This document shows, piece by piece, positions 52,495-64,000 of a DNA stretch of 64,000 nucleotides. Made by a program: the position numbers and the translations under genes. This stretch comes from Raillietiella orientalis. Its lineage: Eukaryota. Each line of letters starts with the position of its first letter. Positions within the stretch are counted from its first letter, which is position 1. Below the pieces are notes generated by a model. The model did not search any database. It was not told where the DNA came from and saw only the letters and a list, made by a program, of their open reading frames with translations. Location: positions 4,898,001 to 4,962,000 of the forward strand of contig JAYWIR010000002.1 in the NCBI GenBank assembly GCA_036172245.1, in the 5' to 3' direction.

Positions 52495-54750
52495 AATTCA
52501 AATCTCAAGAGCTACGAGAATTCCACAGATGGTTATAAACGTCTAGAAACTTACACATCTGGATAATGTGAAATTTGTACCTTTTACTGAGAAAACTTGT
52601 TGTGCTGTACAGAATTCTCCAATTAAACACAAATCCGGAAGATCTGCGTTGCATTTGGATGTGGATATAGTGTCAAATAAATTTGGTCCAGATACACACA
52701 TAAATTAATTGAAGTCTACTTTACAATACAATCGTTCCAGGTTTGAAATATGCCAAAAATGTTGCTCTCTTTGACCTGGAAAGGGCTTTGAAAATATTCA
52801 GCGGCCGTTTAGAGTTATCCAACATCGTTGCAATGCTTCCAAATGAATATGCAAAGTGATTTGGATCATATTGAAAATCATGGGATGAATTGTAAATGTA
52901 TGAATGTTGCAGCAAATGCTCGTTTTGAATTTGTGTTACGTCTGAGAACAACATTGATAGATTTCTGCATCATTGGTCGGGAAATTTTCAAACTATGAGC
53001 ATGCTCAAATTTTCCGTTCATCCACAGAAAATTTCACTTTGGTACCTTAAAATTATTCTCTCACTCTTTGCATTTGTTTCGAACTCTTAATACTACTGAG
53101 ATGTTAAGTAGGGCTAGCTTTTATTGAATGTCATGCAAGGATTCCTTCATGTAATAATTTGTCCAGTATACCTTAGAATATAAGCTTTCAAATAAAGGTA
53201 TTTTTGAAGTCTTTGATGCTATCAACTACCTAGCTTCCGTGTAGTCTTCTATGACCTGATTTGTCTGTTAATTGATGACCAAAAATTAGTTTTGTTTAAT
53301 AGAAAAACCATGCTCACGATTTCGCTAAATCTTATTGTGTTTATCTCAAAAAAAAAAAAAAAAAAACTGTGAGTGTCAAAAAGTAAGTACTAATAAAAAT
53401 TGCCGAATAGGTTACTTCCGTAAATGTAATTGCATAAGTTCTTGCTTTGGAGTGAAACTGTTGAAATCTGGAGGCACTGCGCAAGTGCTTATTCTGACCG
53501 TACTTCGATGATTTTCTAATATTCGAAACGGTCGAATATTTTTGAGCTTTCTATGGTTTTCTGCTTTGTTACAGCAAACACTTTGAGGTCTTACAATGGA
53601 AATCTCTGTGCTTCCCTGAATGATGCATATAATTTACATGGAATGGTGAATCACTTAAAGCACCTGTAAAACATTTACTCCTTAATAAAAACAAGTTTGT
53701 GTTGAAAATAACATTTTTCGATTCACTAGGCATAGTTGTTTTTTCCAAAACGCTAGCAATTCCTTGTTGAATTCCTTTGGTGGCCTCAGTCATTATATGT
53801 TACTGTATAATCCGCGGAAACAAAACAGTCCTGTGATTTCATTTAAGTTGAGATTTTTTGACAATCATAACTGAGACTTACGGTTTAAATTGGGTGCAAA
53901 AAACGAATTAAATTCAAATACCAGGTATTTTTCTACAAATCTCAATGCTGTTTATTTTAGCAATAGATGTTTGGCAAATGAAACCAAACAAAAAGACAAA
54001 CAAACATTAGAAATGTTCCTTGCTGATGAAATAATTTCAATAATCCTTAATCAGCCAAGACCATGGGCGTTATTTTTCTGTAGAAGGAAACTGGATGCGC
54101 ATATGACATGCAACACAACGATTTCTTCAAAACCATATCAGTACATATGTAAGCAAGATGTTTATTCCAAATGTATCAAAATGTTGTCCATGAAATAATT
54201 GCAAAATCTGGAAAGCAGAGAATAAACAATCAACTTCACACCAAAATGACCAAGAACATACAGGAGATTTCAATCATAAGTATTGAGGAAAATCTCATGT
54301 TTCCCTCAAGTAGCATTCATCATACATGAAAGATTGCATATTCTTTGAGCTTAGGATTCACCTGATCTTCTATGTGTTGTAATATAATTGTTTCTCCTCT
54401 GTTTCCAATTGATATTCTATTTCTTCTAATAACCACATATATATGTTGAATAAGTTAAATTTCAGTTTCTTTGGAAAGGTAAGGCTAGCTGGTTAGCCTG
54501 AGGCAAAGGTTGAATAAACATCAATACAGTATGGTTTCACTTGGTTTCCCAGAAAAAGATAAAACATGCTAAGTTACAGCATTTAATTCAAAATATGTCA
54601 ATGTCTAAAATCATGTATCGGAAATAACTGCTGCTATGGCACTAGGTACAAAATCTGTGATTTTTCTATACTGATTTGTTCTTTTAGCAAACTATTTGCT
54701 ACTCACATTTCCAACAATCAACAATGCATGCTGAAAACAAGGGTTTGTTC

Positions 54751-56295
54751 TCACTTATTTTTCGGAAAGAAATACAGATCGCGAAGCAGTGTGGTTGTTA
54801 CATAGGGCACTTGCTTCTTTCCATGTTTCCAAGGTGACAAAGGACAGTTAGATTCAAAATTGAGTGCTACATGACGACAAACAATAGTCAGTATCGAGAG
54901 CAAGTCTTTAGTATCACTATATTCTGTTAAAACTGAGCAGAGCTCTTGAATGAACCATGATCCAGACAACAAATTCCTCCAAGAAAAATGATCTAAAGAA
55001 GAAAAACCTTTACTGTTCATCTTCATTCATGTCTTTTTATTACCTGGAATAGTGGAAAAAACAATAAGAAAATCTGCATAGTCAGGAATTGTGTAGGGTG
55101 CACTTTCAGTTTCTGTAACATAAGCAGTAGCACAATTCTTTGGTTTAGGCATCACAAGGACTCCATCTTGACATTGATCCCCTTGACAAGCCTAGGCAAC
55201 ACTTATCAACACTTATAAAAAGTACCCACTTGAATAAAAAATAGTTTGGGTTTCCCTGCTAAACTCCTACAACCATCTGCTAAGAAGGGTTTCCACAGAT
55301 CATCAACTTTGATTACTTCATCCTGTGCATACACTATTCCCTTAGTACCATGACTAAGGAAGCACATGGCAAAACAGTCACAGTCACTATGATCATCCTC
55401 TGTCACTGCACAACTTTATTTAGTCTTAAAAAAAAATAAATAAATTGCTTACAGTCTTTGATAATACACAAGATCTCTTGCTTGGTCAAGTCGACATATT
55501 CAAACACTTCAAACCCAAGTTTAGAAAATGTAGAATGCAGGGCATCTGAATCTATTTTGGTACCAATCCTATTAGATAGTCCCATGGAATTTTCAAAATA
55601 ATTGTGACTAAAAATTGTACACTTCCCCCTTCGGGGATGCCTCATGTAATATGAAAAAGCCTCTCTTTCGACTGTCAGCATGATGCTTTGTTCATGAAAT
55701 CTACGGAATGCCAAAAATTTAGAAACAACGAATCACCTTCAAATTATTTGAATACTATTCAATTAAAATACCACATGAATGCAGTATTTTGAGTTTTCAC
55801 AGATTGTTAAATACATAAGCAAAAAGCTGCTTTTCTTGACATAACTAAGTCGGCCAATATATTCAAATTCTTATTGCAAGCATATGACAGACATTAATTG
55901 AATTCAAATTTAATCATAAAATTATATCATTTTGATTAATGTTCCAATAATTTTCCATGGACTTGTAAATTTGGAGAAATTATACTGAAACTGATTTCTT
56001 TGCACAGTTTCATTGACTCATTCAACATTATACATATTAATACTACTAAGTAATAAAGTTGTTTCCAATATGCTGACCTAAAGTATTCATTTTCAAATGT
56101 GCTATTAAGCTGTGCAACTGACGGTTTAATGGGTTCCGTTGGACTATCATTATCCAAAACACTTTTTGAATTCAGCTCGCATTCTATAACACGTCTGGAA
56201 TTTGAATACCTTCCTACGTCATCATAAATGTACTCATTCACTACAGGTTGGAATGAACTGGTGATTTCCGTTGCAGAACAGATTTTTTCTTCCAT
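54751..56295 (-). CDS. Effector-type caspase (Drice/Dcp-1/caspase-3/7-like), 343 aa, 5 exons
   Basis: Exons 56295-56078, 55700-55453, 55405-55230, 55191-55044 and 54992-54751 total 1032 nt. Motifs YYMRHPRRGKCTIF, RIGTKID, CFLSHG (catalytic His), KPKLFFIQACQG (catalytic Cys, split by a 38-nt intron), SWRNLLSGSWFIQELC and KKQVP. Short prodomain with no CARD or DED. Confidence 0.93.
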
Positions 56296-58944
56296 AATAT
56301 GGAATCAATACTAATGCATCTAATATGTTCTGTACGGGATCCTCTTATCAAGCTGATTTAAAGGAATCAAACAAACTCCACCCACAATTCACCATGCAAA
56401 AATTGCAACCAAAATCTATGTAACACCTTGATTTATTTTAATACCTCAAAACAAAACAGCTGATATACTTTTCTGAAAAATGATTTTTGGTTGAGGGTAA
56501 GGAACGATTTAAAAATGCCGGAATTTTCTCTATACGCTTTTGCGGCTTACAAATGGATCGGTAAATTTATGTAACTTTTATCACAACAGCAGTTAAGGAT
56601 TTGGGATGTGGAATGTAAGTTAAATACAAACGGCTTTGTCATATAGTTCCTGACATGTTTGAGCAAAATCCAGAGCTCTCACTAGAAGATGCCAGTACAA
56701 CGCTTAATTTATTTGAGTGGCAATAATTAGAAAATCACAACAGGGTTGGCAACTTTCACCGTGAACTTGTTTACGTAACATTTCATCAGATACTTCTGTC
56801 AAGGTTGCCACAAAATCAAGGAAAGTCGTTACCAAGAGGACACTTTGTAGAAAGCAAAACATTAGTACTGAATGCCGGTCGATATGTATTTGAAATTCTA
56901 AAACGTTTTTGTATGATGTTCATTCCTTACAATCACCCAGCAGTTTCAAGTATCACAAAATCTGTTCGTATTTGATCAGTCACAGTATCCGAACCTGCAA
57001 AACTTACTGCTATATATAATACAGTCACCTGAATCACCAGGTTCATTCACCGTCTTTTAGCATATCCTGATTATTGAAGACTCCATCGAAAGATCATATA
57101 CGAAACTCTAGACTCTATGCTAATACATTTATTATGTTCCCTTATGTGATATCCCTTCCTTTCAGTAAAGTGCACTTTGCATGCATCTATCGCTCTTGTA
57201 GAATTCCTAAAATTTAAAAACTACACACAACTCTTTTATGCCAATTAATGATTTTTATGTTCCCATGTGACAAAGAATTGTGTATCTCTAATTACGCTTG
57301 TGAACTATAAGACTTCTCATATAAAATGATTAGTGAGCGTTTAAAATGGTTTCTACATTTCTAAATTCATTATAAAAAAATCCACAGATCTAAGAATAAT
57401 GCTAAGTTGCATAATTTTCTTCCTCACAGAAACGAAACGTATTTATCGATTGACCTTTTAATATTAAGCAAAAACTATGATGTTGTTGAAAGTGGAAAGT
57501 ATACTGCAAGTTCCATTTCTTCTACAGTAGTAAAATTCATAGCTCATGTCAGCTTTTCTTATTTTTCATGATTAGGAGAGTTTATTTCTTTGTCTTCCAA
57601 TAGCATTTTCTATGATATCTACGCACTGTCTTGTACCATTTCTATTCACTTGAATGCCCAAATATGTATACACTATGGATGATACTTATAGCTATCTCAT
57701 AAATCTACATATTGCTTAAGTGAGTCTTTATTTTTCTTTATTTGAACTAATTTTTTTCAAATCTTCCCATTCAGAAAGACCTTAGATATGTTTCACTTTG
57801 TAAATTTAAACAGAACGGGTAGTTTCGATTTCGGAATTTATTACCATCAATTTATATTGATGGTAATAAATTCTGCTTAAAACGAGTAATATACAGAACA
57901 GTTTTCCTTTCAGAAATGGCATGTTCCTGTCCGAATTTCGATGCCCAGATTTGTTGTCCACGGATGTGACCGGCAACAGTATCCCTCTGTTGAGAGTCAG
58001 CCTGTCGTCAGCCGACGAGCACATATTCGGACACAAGATCTTCCTGAGGACCGCAACGAAGGGGAGCGCGGCCACAGGCCATAGGAAGTGCTAGGCCTCC
58101 TGGACGCGACCTGATCGACGACATTCTTTTCAACGAGGACGCTGAGCAGACGGTCAGGGGCTACGAGCTGTCCAGAAATGACATTAGAACGTGCTTTCTT
58201 ATGTAAACAGCACATTTCCTCATCAAGGAAAGTGAAATCATCATACGTAATTCGTACATATATAAAGAGGAAATGAGGATAAAGAATAGCAAATTTGAAA
58301 GAGGATACGAGACTGATCATTCGTTTCTTGTATGCCTTAGTACTGAATGGAAAGTCTTGAACGAACGAAAGTCCAGTTCCTATTTGTCTCTTTTAGATCT
58401 GAAGTGTTTTAGCTCACAAAATTTGAGAATTCTTTCTTTTTCTTTTTCCTTTATCGAAATCAAAACGAGTGATGAAGGAAACATTTCCCATCGAATTCTT
58501 TCTCATATGCTTTGGAAACAGAGACTGTAACACGAAAAGAATGGTCCTTCTATGAAAAGGAAAAAAGGAGGAAAAAAAAGGATGCAAATTTAAACGTAGG
58601 ATAGACTCGATTCGTTGTTTCACATGTTTTAGATAAAGGATTGAAATAAGAAGAGTGTTTTCTTTATTTTGATTCCGTAAATTACACAGAAACTATAATG
58701 CAGACTGGATAATGATCTACTGTCCCTTCTACCTAAAAGGAACGGAAATTATGATTTGAATAAAATAAATCGATAGCAATCCCTTTATGATAATGCATAA
58801 AGGGATTGGTATCAATATATTCTACTCTTAGTGGTAAAATGAGTGGACGAAGTTTAATTCATCTTTATTGCGTTTTCACAGAGCTTCAAATACCGAAGGA
58901 ATGAATGTTGTCATCGCTTCCATGATAATTGCAGGATCACATGA

Positions 58945-59260
58945 TAAACAGGAGCGGTTCCTTTGCAGGTTCCCTTTGGAGAAGAAAAAATGGAATGGTC
59001 TTCCATACGGGGGTCCCTCCGGAGAGAATAAGGAAGGAGATTTCCTTCGGGATCCTTCCCCAGGCATGAGAAGAGCGGACTCTGAGCCCTTCCTGGATTT
59101 ATAGGGGGGACGCCTGCCTGTGTACTTTTTATCTTGAAGAATTACTAAAGAATGCACCCTTGGGTGGCATGGTGTAGCGTCAAAGAGCTGCATGAGGCGC
59201 CGCCAGGGGTGCAACGGTTTCTGAGGTGCTCAGCGAACCAAAAAAAGCTGAAAGGAAAAA
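58945..59260 (+). repeat. Family A repeat copy 3, inverted relative to copy 4
   Basis: The reverse complement (aatccaggaagggctc...ttctctccggaggga...ttctccaaagggaacctg) aligns with 59780-60085. Confidence 0.75.
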
Positions 59261-59699
59261 GCCTTGTGTACCTCAGTTCGTGATAGTTCTATCCAGTTCT
59301 ATCATCAACATTGACTAAATTAGCAGTGTTTTTCCCTCTCTTACTCTGGCCTGATACGGTCAGTAAATTTATGTAGTACGTAACAATTACAATAATTTTA
59401 ACTTTAACTAGTTAGCTTAATATGGCTTTGGTCTTTGTACCAACTCTCGGCGCGATATTTAACAGAGAAGACAGAAAAGTCCCCGAAAGATTTCCCTTGT
59501 CTGGGCTATCCTGAAAGAGAGGAGCAACAAAATCCCGAGCCCCATAGCTGAAACGCCTCGTGTGGACAGCGGGGGCGTCGAGTCAAGCGACTTCCCAGTC
59601 CTTGCCGACGTTGCGTGGTACCCGCCACTAGAAATGGAAAAAGCTCTTTTTTTCTTCCTTCTATCTCTATAAAAGGTCAGCAGAGGGGAGAGCGTTACT

Positions 59700-60350
59700 A
59701 TTGACCCAGGATGTTCCTTTTGAATTCCTCTGTTTTCGCTGCTTTCCTTCAAGCTTTTTATTTTGTTTTCTGGTTTTTGCTTTTTCGGTTCGCCGAGTGC
59801 TGAAGGACCGTTCGCCTCCTTAGGGGAAGCTCACCAATTTCTTTGACACCGTCCGCGCCGCCCGAGGGTGTGCGACTCTTCACGTTGTAAGGGTCACCCC
59901 GGAGGAATGATCATCCCGTGAATCCAGGAAGGGCTCCGGAGGAAGGAGTCCGTTCCTTTCTTACTCTTGGGAGAGGAGCCCCGAAAGGGACTTCTACCTT
60001 GTTCTCTCCGGAGGGATTCCCCGGTTTGTGGGGGTCACTCCTCGTTTCTTCTCCGAAGGGGACCTGGAAAGATCCGCTCCTGGAATTTCTTCTCCGGGGG
60101 AATCTCCCGGGAAAAATCCGCTCCTTGTTTCCTCCTCCCGAAGGAACGCTCCCCGATTCCCCTGAAGGGAGCAGCGCGCTTCTGACGCTCTGGAGAGGCA
60201 AGCCCCCAGGGGATGCCAACAAGCTCCATTTGCACAACCGGATGTGAATCTCAAACGACTCCTAGATTTCTGGAGGGGCCTCGGAGGGTCGATTCCCTAT
60301 CCCGGAGGCCAGTCGGCGGAGGCATCTGGAGGTTTTCGGCTTCCACCGGA
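59700..60350 (-). repeat. Family A repeat copy 4 (probable Gypsy gag/protease relic)
   Basis: About 600-bp direct homolog of 30040-30620 (gaatccaggaagg..ccggaggaaggagtccgttcct; gcagcgcgcttct..tctggagaggcaagccccc..gctccatttgcacaaccgga). Minus-strand RVAHPRAARTVSKKLV resembles a decayed D(S/T)GA protease motif. Confidence 0.8.
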
Positions 60351-63300
60351 TTTTCCAGATTTAGTCCTGTTGATTTGGAGAATAAGCATCCCATTGTAGG
60401 CTAGGCAGTGTTGCTGGATCCTCGCTCCAAGAGACAAGGGTTTTCTAATTATAATTTCAGTAAGTAGGTTGGGAATGCTTCAAAGGAGGAACTTCAATCC
60501 CTAGCTCCTCGTGTACCCGTGTCCTTTATGCAGGAAAGTGAAGCTGCGGCTGCATCTTCTTCCTTGCGGGATAAATTTGATGAGTCTGTTAGAAAGGTAA
60601 ATATCATAGCATAATTTCTTCTTTGTCCGCGAACGAGTAGTTTGTACTACACTTGAATTTCATTTCTGTTTGCCTATGTACTATTTAGTACTTTTTTGTT
60701 TTCAGTTCACTGTTGAATCGAATCCACGAGTGGGTGGCATAATTGAACGAAAAAGATATTTCAACAAACCCTTACTTCCCTGACATTTGGACCGTCTAAT
60801 CTGGTGGAGCCACCGAAGGGTTGTGTATCCCTTGCTATTTGAACTGATGCTTTGGTGTGCCTGTGACTTCCGTGTCCTACGAGAGGGTTTTTCCCAAAGC
60901 AGGTTACACTTTAAAGGAGAATAAGGATGAAATACTCTAAATGAGAAATGGTAGTTGTTTTAAATGGAAATTTGTAAATAAGTATGATGCTTTTATTGTT
61001 TTTTTAAAATAAATGTCTGCTTATGGTTCAGTATTGTTTTTAGCCACCCGTTTTTTTTAATAACAATAAAAATATTTGGTAAAGAGCTCCCATAATAGCT
61101 TAATATAAAAGAAAAGTGTTCAAACATGAATGACTGGGTTTCCGATGTATTCAAACATCAATAATACGCCCTGAAAGCCAACATTTGCGACATCCGCAAA
61201 AGCAGATTAATTCTCCATTTCCATGTTCGCTTTAAGCAAAAAAAAGGACTACAGTTTGAACCAGTGAACTTCGTTGAAGTGATCGGCCAAGATAAAATCA
61301 GTTCCTTTCAATGAGCTATGCTGCCCATCTCCAATTGCAACGTCGTCTGTGTTCGTCTGCGAAGTATTTTTCAAAGAAAATGATTTTTCTATTCAAGTTA
61401 CTTGCATCATGAAAAATGGAAATCTTGATGAGAACTAGATAAGTGGATGCCCTGTTTTCGAAAAGGGAACATTTACCATTCCTTTGTTGAAACAAGAGTT
61501 GCTCAGAAAAATCGGAAAAAGATTATAAAGATTTGTTTCGGATTCGTTACTAATGATTGTTAGATTCCGTTTCTTCTATAGAGATAAACCGTAAATGTCA
61601 TGATCATTCTCTTAAGCCAAAGTGATCCATAAAACGAAATATCACCAGCAGGAAATACGAAATGAAATAGGAGCACTCTGAAGAATAATAGACGATTTTG
61701 TGAAATGTATGAACAAGTACAAATTGCTGTTAAGTTATTTAGGTATGAATTTTAAAAATACAAAAATAATCAAAAAAAAAAAAAAATTTAAAAGACATTG
61801 TAAGCTAAACAATCTTTGTAACTCTCGATATTTATATCATCCATTCTTATATGAATAAAAGTTAAATATGAAATCAAGATGCAAACTTGATGGAATTGGC
61901 CAATGTTGCGTACATGTGCTTAAAGAAAATTTCAGTTGTTGATGGAGTATCGAATAATAACTTCAAATTAATCGGAATGTAGAAATGATGTTGAATTCTT
62001 GAAGGAGAATTTGTAATGAAAATCATAATGAAAACCACGAATTAAATAAATTTCTGAAAGTAGGCAACAAAAACGTTTTGATAAAAACCAAAAAAAACTG
62101 CTTATGTGACTCATTCCTATTATTTTCTGAAACGCAATAAAGAAATATGACTGAAAATTAATTTAGACAATGAACTGAAATAGAAAGACCTTTATTCTGG
62201 TTTTTCTCATATTCGAAGCTTATACGTAATGATTACTGCTTGAAAAAAAAAGATTTTCACATAAGATTTTCTTGAAGAATCCAAATGATCAAAACTCTGA
62301 AGCAGAAAGCGTTCTGAAAACCAAGTGTTTCATCATGAAAAATAAAAGTAGTTAAAACTCGAATATATAGTTCTCAGTAAAAGGTGAATTGCAATCTCTT
62401 TTATCGGCGTTCTAAGGTTGAAGCTGGAGCTTTTTTCTTCTCTGAAAAAAGCAAAACAAATCATTGCAATTTACAAGACTAACTCTCACCCAATTATTTG
62501 GGTCTTCATGCAATACTTGCACTGACATATCACTAGTTTCTGGAAAAAAATCCGGGAGTGTATGAATAAAGGTCATAGATGCATTGAGCAAAAACAAAAA
62601 AAGCATTCAAAGTTCTTTCTCATAAGAAATAATTATGGCCTGGGTTAACTAACTTCCTAACCACGCTAAAATCCTTGAAAGAATTAATATTCAAATAATA
62701 TGCTTTGAAGGGCTGATATGTGTAGGTATGTGCTGATATACTTAACGTGGTTGTGGAGATTTCTGAATAGAGATGGCATGGAAGCTGTATAGTAAAGTTC
62801 ATAAGAAATAGCTTGGAAACGAACAATGAATGCAAGAAATTAAAATGATTCCACTGCAGTATTGAAATACGCACCTAATGGGAAAAAGAAGTCTTTAGGT
62901 AAAAATGCCATTAAAAGCAGATCGTAAATATAGCAAAGAAAGAGACGAGAATCGAATTTGGAAAAATGACATTCTCATTTAAACACAAGATTCCGAAAAC
63001 AACTCATATACCCAACGGAAGAGCTTTCCAGATGTTCATGCTTTATAAATGGTTTTCACGTTTGGATCGAAGAAAATCTCTCTCGTTCACGCTTGTTAGA
63101 AATCCAATATCAGTCAACGGTTTTGCTTTTATGTACACTAAGGTATATTATCCTGGTAAAAAAAAAATGATTAGAATTCTCAACATCCGTTCACCATGAT
63201 TTGGTTCCAATTATTTAATGTAAACCCTCATTTGAAATGTGATTTCCTGTATCGATGTAAACATCTGTGGAAAACACCTAACATCCCATTGTAAAGAGTC

Positions 63301-63692
63301 TCTGCGAATTATCCTGAATTAAGCTTTTATTCATGGTTAACGAAATTCGTCCAAATACATTTCTCATCTGCAAGCTGTTACACATACGATAATTGTTTCT
63401 GAAATCCAGTTGATGCAATGAAAGCACCTTCCACCTGTGCGCACACGTTCCAAGAGATCCCCATCCAACATCAGGAGAGTAATGCATGGAATGGCATTTG
63501 GTTTCACTTGTGTCTGACAGTACTTTATTCTGAAGAGCACATGACTTATCCAATAACGAAGTAGCACGTTATTTGTGATCCCTCAAGTGGCAGTTTTTCC
63601 ATTCAGAATATAAGACTGAAGTGGGATCAAATCAAGCATCGACACTGGTGCGGTACTCGAGGACTATGTCTTGCAAAGAATAACTTATTAAA

Positions 63693-63893
63693 ATGAACAC
63701 AGATTCTCGAGACGTGCGTTCTATAGGAAAAGTAAATACAAAGATAAAATATTGCTCTGTACTTGTGATTTTGTTCGTTTTCTCAGCAAGTGTAACTGCA
63801 AAAAAATCTAAAGGAGAAAAGCCCAGTTGGGCCCAAAAACCCATATCTGAGTTTTCAGATGCAGATGTTGAGAAATTGTACGAACAGTGGGAA
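63693..63893 (+). CDS. MESD: LDLR chaperone MESD/boca, first coding exon (gene continues beyond the window)
   Basis: Signal-like VLVILFVFSASVTA, then KKSKGEKPSWAQKPISEFSDADVEKLYEQWE, matching boca/MESD KPxWAKKDIRDYSxADLERLLDQWE. Donor gtaagt at 63894. Confidence 0.85.
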
Positions 63894-64000
63894 GTAAGTT
63901 ACTTTGTTGATGTTTGTAAATACGTCTGCCTCATTTTTAATGAGTCTTTGTACACAAGTGTGCAAATAACCTAGAGTACAGCTTGAAGCCAAAATATAGA

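Noticed and set aside
56515..57080. Chain of plus-strand splice-like signals divergent from the caspase
   Set aside because: The implied introns are 20-32 nt, and the joins I tried hit early stops; no coherent CDS.
62412..63567. Short minus-strand ORFs upstream of MESD
   Set aside because: No recognisable homology and no consistent exon chain.
1..64000. tRNA, rRNA, spliceosomal snRNA genes or CRISPR arrays
   Set aside because: No diagnostic sequences seen on manual reading; a covariance-model scan would be needed to exclude them formally.

Overview
Eukaryotic DNA, probably arthropod: an AT-rich background with very short spliceosomal introns (mostly 36-56 nt). I assembled the spliced genes by hand from the sequence: VAMP7 (-), THOC2 (+), PIH1D1 (-), a secreted Kazal-Kringle-ShKT protein (-), an intronless 505-aa coiled-coil ORF (+), a QACQG effector-type caspase (-) and the first exon of MESD/boca (+). 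Much of the intergenic DNA reads as heavily decayed Ty3/Gypsy gag-pol relics. The most striking structure is a GC-rich island at about 42.7-50 kb. There the three-exon Kazal-Kringle-ShKT gene sits between two nearly identical 1,184-bp inverted arms (43913-45096 and 47026-48209), and the arms themselves appear to be fossil Gypsy reverse-transcriptase sequence. All calls rest on manual reading and motif recognition; no searches were run.
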